Both the position numbers and the translations under genes were made by a program. Source: the human T2T-CHM13v2.0 reference genome, Homo sapiens. Taken from it: DNA of 64,000 nt. Shown in pieces: positions 54,519 to 64,000 of this stretch. The stretch lies in NCBI RefSeq assembly GCF_009914755.1, contig NC_060933.1. One strand, 5' to 3'. The notes below the pieces were generated by a model. It saw only the letters and a list, made by a program, of their open reading frames with translations. It had not been told where the DNA came from and did no database searches. The number at the start of each line of letters is the position of its first letter. The first letter of the stretch is position 1.

Positions 54519-54844
54519 ATTTAAACAAGAATAATAACAATTTATAATGAGCTTACAACATATATAAAAATAAATTAATGACAATAACAGAACAACAGTT
54601 AGGATAAAATAATGAAAATGTTGTTACTTCATGATACTGTATGTAAAGTAGTATATTATAATTTGAAGGTAGAATGTGATGAGTTAAACATGTATACTAC
54701 AAACTCAAAAGCAACCATTAAAATTAACAATATAGAGAGTTTTAATTCTCAAGTAAAAAAGGAGATAAGATGAAACCATAAAATATATTTAATTCATAGA
54801 AAAGAAGGCAAACAAGAGGGAAAATAAGCAAAAAACAGATGGGA

Positions 54845-55399
54845 TGGTAGGGGAAGCAAAATTTTATTACCATCTTCTTAGTTTTTTTTTTTTCCTCTGC
54901 TAAGCCTGAGAATTAAATTGACATAAGACAGATCAACAGGAAAATGCATACAAATTTATTTTAATGCATGTATTATGTGGCATGCGAGATTCTTTAAGGA
55001 AGGAAGACTCCATGACATAATCACTTATGTTCTGAAGTAGACACAGAGTAGTAAATTGTGAAATATGACAAGACAAAGGAGCTGGAACTAGTGTAGTTAA
55101 TTGGGTGAAGAGGTGATTAACAGGATAAGGGTTGGTTTAACAAGGTCTGTTTGTACAGGTTTCCCTTGCCTCAACTTCTCATCCTGGGTGATGAGACTGT
55201 TACTTTCCTTCTTGTATAAAGAGGGCAACTTTCATGTAGAAATTTTACCTCCTACTTTTAAGAAAAAGGAAAATCAGAGTGCTTTAAAGGAAAATCAGAG
55301 TGCTTTTCTTGCATCTGCTATTTTTCAAGTGTCTTTAACTCAAAAAAATCAATATGCCAAAGTAGCATGTTTGGGGGTATCTGGTTCTGAATTCCTTCA
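54845..55399 (-). mobile_element. MER34-family ERV1 solo LTR
   Basis: AAGACAGATCAACAGG..GCATACAAATTTATT; end ATGCCAAAGTAGCAT.TTTGGGG..TTCTGAATTCCTTCA; internal 21-bp duplication AAAGGAAAATCAGAGTGCTTT. Confidence 0.75.
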
Positions 55400-55446
55400 G
55401 GAAAGACAGAAAGCAAAAGCAAAATAATAGGTTTAAAACTAAAAAT

Positions 55447-55784
<338 letters not shown>

Positions 55785-57298
55785 TTACATATAAATGGTC
55801 TAAATATACCAATTTAAAAGCAGATTGGATCAATAAAACAAGATCTAAGTTATTACTGTCTAGAAGAAATTCAAGAATATCCTAATAAAAGATATCTATG
55901 TAAAAACAATAGCTGGCATCATACTTAATGAAGAAAAATCAGTTTATTTCCCCCGATTTCAGGAACAAGATGAGTCCATTAACTCTTAGCACTTTGTTTT
56001 AACATTTCACTAGACGTTCTACCAAGTAAAATAGACAAAAAACATAAACAAAAGAATTACAGACGGGAAAGGAAAATGTAGATTGGGTTTATTTATAGAC
56101 GGCATGTCTATGTAGAAAGTCCACTGAAATCTACAAAAACACTGCTGGCTATAATAAGTGAGTTAGCAACATAAAAAAGAAAAAAAGCAACATATTAAAC
56201 TAATATTTCCATATACCGGCAATGAACAATAAAAAATTAAAATAAAAGTACTATTAATAATATCATGAAAAATGTAGAAGAATTAGGAATTAATCTATCA
56301 AATGATGTGAGAGTCTGGTACACTAAAACTCAAAACACTGCAGAAAGTTAAAGAAGACTTAAATAAATGGAAAGATGTAATATGAATATGGGTTAGAAAA
56401 TTCACATGGTAAAATGTGATTATCCCTAAATATAGATTCAATACAATCCCAATTAAAATATTATTAGGCATTGTTTTATAGGAATTTACACACTAATTTT
56501 AAAACTTCAGTAGAAATGCAAAGAGTCTAAAATAGCCAAAATAATCCTTAAAAATAAGAATATTTTTGAAGGATTAGCACAATCTAATACCAAAGCTTAT
56601 AAGGCTACAGTAATGAAAATAGTGTGATATTGGCATAAAGATAGACAGAAATGTCATTGGAAGATAATAGAAAATTCAGAAATATATGTACAGAATTTTG
56701 GTAAATTGGTGTTCTCCAAAGATACAAAGGTAATTCAGTAAATAAAAGATAGCCCTTCAACAAATTCTGCTGGAACAATTAGATACTCATATGCAAAAAG
56801 TAGAACTTTAACATGTAACTCATGATACAAAAATTAATTTAGTACAGATCATATGCCTAAATGTAAAATGTAAAAACAAAGTGAAAAAAAAGGAAGAAAA
56901 ATTATGTATAGGAGAAAATATAGAAAAGTATTTGACCTCAGGCTAGTAAATACTACTTAGACATGACACAAACACCATTTCATCAAAGTAGAAATTGACA
57001 ACTTGAGTTCATCAAAATGTAAAACATATGTTCCTCAGGAAACACTGTAAAACAAATAGAAATATAAGACACTACTGAGAACAATATTTGCAAAATATAT
57101 GTCTGGCAAAAAAGTTGTGTCCAGAAAACATAAGAACTCTCAAAACTTGATGATAAATCTAACAACTCTAATAAAAGTAGGCAAATGACTTAAATGAATA
57201 CTTCTTCTCTAAAGAACATATGTAGATAGAAAGTAAACACATGGAAAGATCCTCAATATCATTAGTCATTAGGGAATTAATCTGTGTCTGTCAAAAAT

Positions 57299-57613
57299 GA
57301 GTTGGGTACAGTTGCTCAAGCCTGTAATCCCAGCACTTTGGAAGGTCAAGGCAGCAGGGTTTCTTGACCCCAGGAGTTAGAGAGCAGCCTGGGCAACATA
57401 GTGAGATCCTGTCTCTACAAAAAAGAAAGAGACATGGCATGGTGTCTCTATTTAGCTAGGCATGGTGGCACATGCTTGTAGTACCAGCTACTCGGAAGCT
57501 GAGGTGGGAGAATCACTTGAGCCCAGGAGGTGGAGCCTGCAGTGAACTATGGTTGTGCCAATGCACTCCAGCCTGCGTGACAGAGCAAGAACCCATCTCA
57601 AAAAAGAAAAAAA
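57299..57613 (+). mobile_element. AluJ
   Basis: CAGCCTGGGCAACATAGTGAGA, GAGGTGGGAGAATCACTTGAGCCCAGG. Confidence 0.9.
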
Positions 57614-57615
57614 GA

Positions 57616-57928
<313 letters not shown>

Positions 57929-58391
57929 AATGGCTAAAGTTAAAAAGGCTGGTCATGCCAAGTGTTGGCAATACTATAGAGGACAACCAACATACATGCA
58001 CTGCTAATGGTAATGGAAATTAGTACAATGACTCTGGAAAAAAGCTTGACAGTTTTTAAAATATTTTGACGTATGCACCTATCATATGACTGCCAATCAA
58101 TTTGTAGGGAAATGAAAGTATATGTACATAAAAAACTTGTACCAAAACATTCACAGCACTTTTTTATAGGAGAGAGGGGCTAATAGTGCAGAGCATGTAA
58201 CAATCAAATATTCATTAACAGATAAATGAATAAGCAAGCTTTGATATATCCATATTTTGAAATACTACAAGCAATAAAAGAAATGAAACTTTCATCCATA
58301 CTATAAAATAGATTAATCTCAATAAATATGCTAATTAATAGAAGCTAGATCAAAAGAGAACAAACAGTATGATATCATTTATATAAAAAGA

Positions 58392-58765
58392 GGCATTAGA
58401 GCCTAGTAGTTAAGAGTGCAGCTTCTGGAAGCAAAATCCTTAGTATGATGTTTTGGCTCATTGACTGCAGCATTTATTTTATGTGCGCTCTTGAGGTTTT
58501 TATAGAAACAATATGCCTCAGTTTACTCATCTATATAATGACTATATCGATAGTCATCTACTTTATAAAATATATATTTTATAATGTAATACTTTATAAT
58601 ATATATTTGATATATATTTTAAAATGTCTTTATTATATTTTATAAAGTATAAATAATATAAAATAATATCTATAGTTGTTGACTTATAAAAATAAAGATT
58701 AAATGAACAAAAATATGTGAAGCACTAGTTTACTACCTAGAAAATGGTACATTCTAAATATCTTC
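58392..58765 (+). mobile_element. MIR with internal AT-rich expansion
   Basis: TAGTAGTTAAGAGTGCAG, TGCCTCAGTTTACTCATCTAT, AGATTAAATGA..TGTGAAGCACT. Confidence 0.7.
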
Positions 58766-59483
58766 ATGATTGTAATAAATAAATGTATCCTTATATGTTA
58801 TTTTATTAATAATAAACAAAAATTTATTTTTAGAATAATGAATATAATTATTTTTATTTTTAGAATAAATAATAATGAATAATAATATTATTATTCATTC
58901 TTATACACCTTTGAAAAATCATAGGGTAAAATGATTGAAATTCTGTGTATAGCATCTCAGCAGATGAGATCTATAAGAAAGAACCATTGCACCCCCATTT
59001 ACTTAAATCAGTTATAGTTTAAGTTGTTTGAAAAAAGTCATTTATTGGAATCACCACATGACATCAATCAAGAGCAAAGTGTGTAGAATACTGTCAAGTT
59101 TTTCTCCAAGAATTTATTTCTGTTTTCAATTTGCAACTCACTGAAGCATTGAACATTTTATGAGCTCTACAGCTAACAATGCCTGGGAATTTAAATATTT
59201 TCCATGGAATATGATTACTTCAAATGAAAAAAAAGAAGCAGAAATGATAATGAATAATTTACCATTTATATATGGTACAAAGTAGAATCTTTAAAAATAA
59301 AGACACAAACAGCAACAACCACAAAAACCTCAATTGTTTCTGCTTTTGTTCTATTTTTAGTGAACTTAAAATTTTAAGAGAAAGTCTTTCTCCTTGTTTT
59401 TAACACGTGTAGAGAGAGGTGTGGAATATTGTAAAGCTTTTTATCTGACTCGGCCTGAGTCTCACTAGATGAAGACTCATCGA

Positions 59484-60291
59484 GTTTAGTAGGCCGAATA
59501 GTTTTTTCTAAAAGATATGTGACACGTTAATCCTTGGAATCTTTGAATATAATGACACGTTAAACAGTGAATATTACCTTATATGGCAATGCTTGTGATT
59601 AAGTTAAGGACTTTAAGGGAAGGGGCTTATTCTGAAATATACTCACGGGTCTTTAATTCAATGACAAATGTTTTTTTTTTTTTTTTTTTTTTGAGATGGA
59701 GTCTTGTTCTTTCGCCCAGGCTGGAGGAGTGCAGTGGTGCAATCTCTGCTCACTGCAACCTCTGCCTCCCAGGTTCAAGCAACTCTCCTGCCTCAGCCTC
59801 CTGAGGAGTGGGATTACAAGCGCCTGCCATCATGCCCAGATAATTTTTATACTTTTATTAGAGGAAGGGTTTCACCATGTTAGCCAGGCTGGTCTCAAAC
59901 TCCTGACCTCAAGTTATTCGCCCTCCTCGGCCTCCCAAATTGCTGGGATTACAGGCATGAGCCACTGTGCCTGGCCTGACAAATGTTCTTTTAAGAGTGA
60001 GTCAGAGGGAGACTTGACACACAGAGGAGGCAATGTGACCAGGGAGCAGAGATTGGAGTGGTGCAGCCCCCAGAAGCTGGGGTAAAGGAATGCTCGCATG
60101 AGTAAAGGAATGCTGGCAGCCCCCAGAAGCTGGAAGATCCACAGAATGGATTCTCTCTAGGGACCTCAGAGCGAGTGTGGCCCCACTGTATTTAGGACTT
60201 CTAGCCTCTAGAACTGTTTTAGAATACATTGCTGTTGTTGAAGTCATTTAGTTTGTGTCAATTTGTTGTGATAGCCTAGGGAACTAATATA
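59484..60291 (+). mobile_element. MLT1C/D-like solo LTR interrupted by an Alu
   Basis: GTAGGCCGAATAG..GTGAATATTACCTTATATGGCAA..CCAGAAGCTGGAAGA..GGGAACTAATATA. Confidence 0.85.
59671..59976 (-). mobile_element. AluSx/Sz
   Basis: CTCCTGACCTCAAGT; TSD TGACAAATGTT (59662-59672 / 59977-59987). Confidence 0.93.
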
Positions 60292-60409
60292 ATGAAGCAT
60301 GGAGAGAGAGAGAGAGAGAGGATAAAAGGTGAAAACCATGTGCCAAAACTAAAGAAAAGAGATGCTGACATTTGTGATTAAATAGAATAATTGCACTATT
60401 TAAGATTAA

Positions 60410-60512
60410 TCACTTGAGCCTCGGAGGTGGAGGCTGTAGTGAGTCATCATGGTGCCACGGCATTCCAGCCTGCATGACAGAGAGAGACTCTGTCTTAGGG
60501 AAGAAAAAAAAA
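60410..60512 (+). mobile_element. 5'-truncated AluJ/FRAM right-monomer fragment
   Basis: TCACTTGAGCC..GGAGGCTGTAGTGAG..; flanked by AAGATTAA on both sides. Confidence 0.82.
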
Positions 60513-60662
60513 GATTAAGGTGGTCCAGAATGCACCCAAGCATAAAATGCAAAGATGATCTTGCCCCATGTATATTTTAGCATACTACTTAGGTACTATT
60601 TATTTTTTAATTATCTCCTTTTTACATTTTGACAATTTTACCCCAGTGGTCAAGCCTTGTAT

Positions 60663-60840
60663 TAGAAAAGACAGAAAGAAGGAAAAGAAAGAAGGCAGGA
60701 AGGAAGGCAAGGGGAAAGAAGGGGAAGGAAAGGAAGTGGAAGGGAAGGGGAAGAGAAGGGGAAGAGAAGGGGAAGGGAAGGGGAAGGGAAGGGGAGGGGA
60801 AGGGGAGGGGAAGGGGAGGGGAAGGGGAGGGGAGGGGAAA
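60663..60840. repeat. Polypurine (GGGAA/GGGGA)n tract
   Basis: Almost pure G/A on the + strand; source of the R/G/K/E-rich and P/S/F-rich ORFs. Confidence 0.97.
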
Positions 60841-61053
60841 CATGTTGCTTTGGACAGAATAAATGGGTAAGGGTTTCTATTTTAATTAGATTAAGATTAA
60901 TTAGATTAAACCTCTGAGGAAGTCTTACTTGAGCTGAGAAACTAAATATGAGAGGGAGGAGTACCACTGCATTGGTTATAGATGGGGTAGAAGTCTACAA
61001 AAGAGTTCATTGAGGAATAGAATAGTAAATAAGTGACTTAATAATGAGTTTGT

Positions 61054-61365
61054 TGCCGGGCGCAGTGGCTCAAGCGTGTAATCCCAGCACTTTGGGAGGC
61101 CGAGGCGGGCGGATCACGAGGTCAGGGGATCAAGACCATCCTGGCTAACACGGTGAAACCCCGTCTCTACTAAACAAAATACAAAAATTTAGCCGGGCAT
61201 GGTGGCGGGAGCCTGCAGTCCCAGCTAGTCGGGAGGCTGAGGCAGGAGAACGGCGTGAACCCGGGAGGCGGAGGTTGAGTGAGCCAAGATCGCGCCACTA
61301 CACTCCAGCCTGGGCAATAGAGCGAGACTCTGTCTCCAAAAAAAAAAAAATAATAATAATAATAA
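61054..61365 (+). mobile_element. AluY/Sc-like with A then (TAA)n tail
   Basis: AGACCATCCTGGCTAACACGG, GGCGTGAACCCGGG; TSD TAATAATGAGTTTGT (61039-61053 / 61366-61380). Confidence 0.93.
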
Positions 61366-63345
61366 TAATAATGAGTTTGTATTTTTCTTATTTTGCAAAA
61401 GAATGCAAGATCTGGGTAGAGAAAAGGCAAGAGGGAGGACTTCCCAGATTGAATCAATAATATTAACAGTATCAATCTGCCACTAATAATTATTTAAGAA
61501 AAGTATTTTTCTTTCAGTTTTATTTATTAAATAGTTTCTACTAGCCTAATGTTAAAGTCTGCCAACTAGTTCCTTCAAGTTAATCACATTCACTTTTGAT
61601 TCCCTCTTAACACATTAAGATATTTTATAACTCTGTGAGTTTAAAATCTGATGCAAATTCATTGTGGTCAGGCAAGATGCAAGACCAGTCAGGCAAATAC
61701 ACTTCCCTTATTTTTTATGGGTCTGAAATATCTTTTGTCTTGGGAGATGTATTATTATACAAAAGATCTATTTGGCAATTTATAGTTTGCTTTTTATCTA
61801 TTCAATTGTTCCCTGGTATTCTTAGAACAGAAAAGCGAACCTTTTAAGAATAATAACATGCCAATTACCTTTAATTACTCTCCAGCTCTTTCAGTTAAAC
61901 AAAAAAACCCTCTCATTTTAGGTTTAGTTTGTAACTGAATAGAACATTTTATATCTAAACCCTTAATGGAAAGGCTTTCCTATTTCCCACAATTTTCTTT
62001 TCTATTTAATGTATTCTCTAAATTTAATACATTATTTAAAATGCCATCCATATACCTGATCAACTTGAAAAGATGGAGAAACACACAAGTAAAGTTTGTT
62101 ATCTGTTCACATTTTATTCTGTTTCCATTTTCATAATCAAATAAATGTAGACTGTAAAATACTTATTTACAAATCTGTCTGATTTATATAATAAACTCTG
62201 AGGAAACTGGAATGAAGCAGTGCTACAAGCAAGGGACAGAATAAAGTTTTGTGTATTAATTACCTGATTTATACTTTAGTCCCTTTAAGTAAAAGAACGT
62301 AACAAATAGAAGGATAGTTATTAATATATTTGGAGGAGAAAGAAAGATAAAATGAAAGATACAATGTTCTTAAAAACTGAGAGTTTTATCTTTTTTCAGA
62401 AGTCTAAAAAATATTTAAACATCTTCCTTTATGTTAGCGCATATTTATGTTATACATTTCATTTACAAGTAATTGTATGGTAAATAGTTACAAAAACAAC
62501 AAGGAAAAGCTTTGAGTTAAGGAGCTCATGATTTTCAGTGTAAAATACATGTTATTTGAGTAATTTGGGAAACTGACAGAAGCTTTCTTGCAGTCAAGAA
62601 TGCTGCTCAAAAATTAATTTTAAAATAAAAATAAAAGAAAAAAAATCCTGAAAGCTTATGTAGCAAAACAAGTATTGTAGTCCATTACAAAAATTAGCCT
62701 TTTCTGAAATCATGTTAAAAAGCAAAAAGATCTTAGAGCAGAATTTCATGTACAGTTCATTTTGGGACTGATCTTACTTCCTTGGTAGGTGGTCTTACTT
62801 CATCCTGTTGGAGCCCATCATGGAGAGCTGTTTTACAAATATTCTTAGCTCTACTACCCACATAAAAATTCAACCTATGACTCCTGTTTCTGATAAAGTA
62901 GCTATTTAAATTCATTAAGAATGTTTCATCATTTTAGTATGCAAAATGCATTGTTAGATTATGTAAGTGACACATGCTATCTTAAAAGTTAATAAATCTC
63001 CCAGAAGAAATTAGACTCAGATGCTATATTTATTATGGAGAATTAAGAAATACCTAAGGTTACTGTGATCATCACTTAGGAGTTTTGAATCAATTATATG
63101 AGAAACTAAAGAAGAAACTTTGACCGGAAAAAAAATGAACCAACAAGAAAAAAATTATATAAAGTCATTTTATTGGACACAAATGCTAAAAATTAGAAAA
63201 ACCATACATTTTACTCTATCAATCTGTTAGGAAAAACTATAGAATATGATAGTGATTGCATTGATTCTGCTTAGCAAATTAAATGCAAAACTAAGATATT
63301 CACCAAATATAAAATATAGTTATTTTCTAAGAAATAAAACTCACA

Positions 63346-63393
63346 CAACTGCCATTTTTAGCAGAATGGTGGCAACTGCCATTTTTAGCAGAA
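63346..63393. repeat. Perfect 21-bp direct repeat with 6-bp spacer
   Basis: CAACTGCCATTTTTAGCAGAA-TGGTGG-CAACTGCCATTTTTAGCAGAA. Confidence 0.95.
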
Positions 63394-64000
63394 ACCAAAA
63401 CTATTTCCTGTTAACAAGAAGGAAAAACCATCAGTGAACACTCAAGTAATAATCAGGGGACTAGGATGGACTCTCAGTAAGAAACCACTGGAATATACCT
63501 GGACTAAATCTATTCTAACAAAATTAAGTATACCAACCGAATAGTTTTGTGTGTGCATTTGTTTTTACTATATACTTTTATAATCTCAAAAGTACCTAAA
63601 AGGAGGCAAAACAAGAAAGGATTTGTCTACAGAAAGTAAAAATAAGAATGATTATAAAATATTGTTAAAGAAAAGACACTGCACAGAATAGTCATGGAGA
63701 TTTCTGTACTAATCACCTTGATCATAATGAATAATCACTGAATTTCACTGGCCTATTTTCCTCCACAAGATTCTATGTTAGGTAAGCAACTTTGGGTAAT
63801 TCAATAATAGGAAAGATGTTTCTTTTATAACATATCTGATTTGTACAACTAATTGAAATACATTTTATGCTATAAAATAAAAATGGTAACTCTTATTTAC
63901 ACAGCTATTTATTGTGAATTTGTATAAAGACAGCTCATCCTTAGAACATAATAGACTAGGATTCTTGGTAAAGTATATATTGTATATCTGAAAAATGTAA

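Noticed and set aside
60568-60967. R/G/K/E-rich and P/S/F-rich ORFs
   Set aside because: Translations of the polypurine tract

Overview
AT-rich, CpG-depleted, repeat-dense primate genomic DNA, almost certainly human because it carries a near-consensus AluYb9, a human-lineage subfamily. It reads like an intergenic or deep-intronic region. I find no supportable protein-coding gene, tRNA, rRNA, CRISPR array or CpG island, and the supplied ORFs mostly derive from microsatellites, Alus, L1 or MaLR sequence or are chance ORFs. The recognisable content is about 22 Alu/FLAM copies; L1 fragments of several ages; L2 and MIR; LTRs (LTR12F, MER57, MER77, MER4, MER34, MER54-like, MLT1, and a truncated THE1B provirus); and DNA transposon fossils (MER58A, MER8, MER6A, Tigger1, a Zaphod/MER115-like element). 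Subfamily names come from recalled consensus sequences and need RepeatMasker/Dfam confirmation. I do not see evidence of a new biological system. The best leads are modest: two very young Alus that may be polymorphic (one 43 bp from an inverted AluJ); an NF-Y-box-rich solo LTR12F; a THE1B LTR with a DUX4-type motif; two old non-TE duplications of about 150-200 bp; a possibly rearranged 50.1-53.5 kb segment; several non-B-DNA motifs; and two weak non-coding exon candidates.
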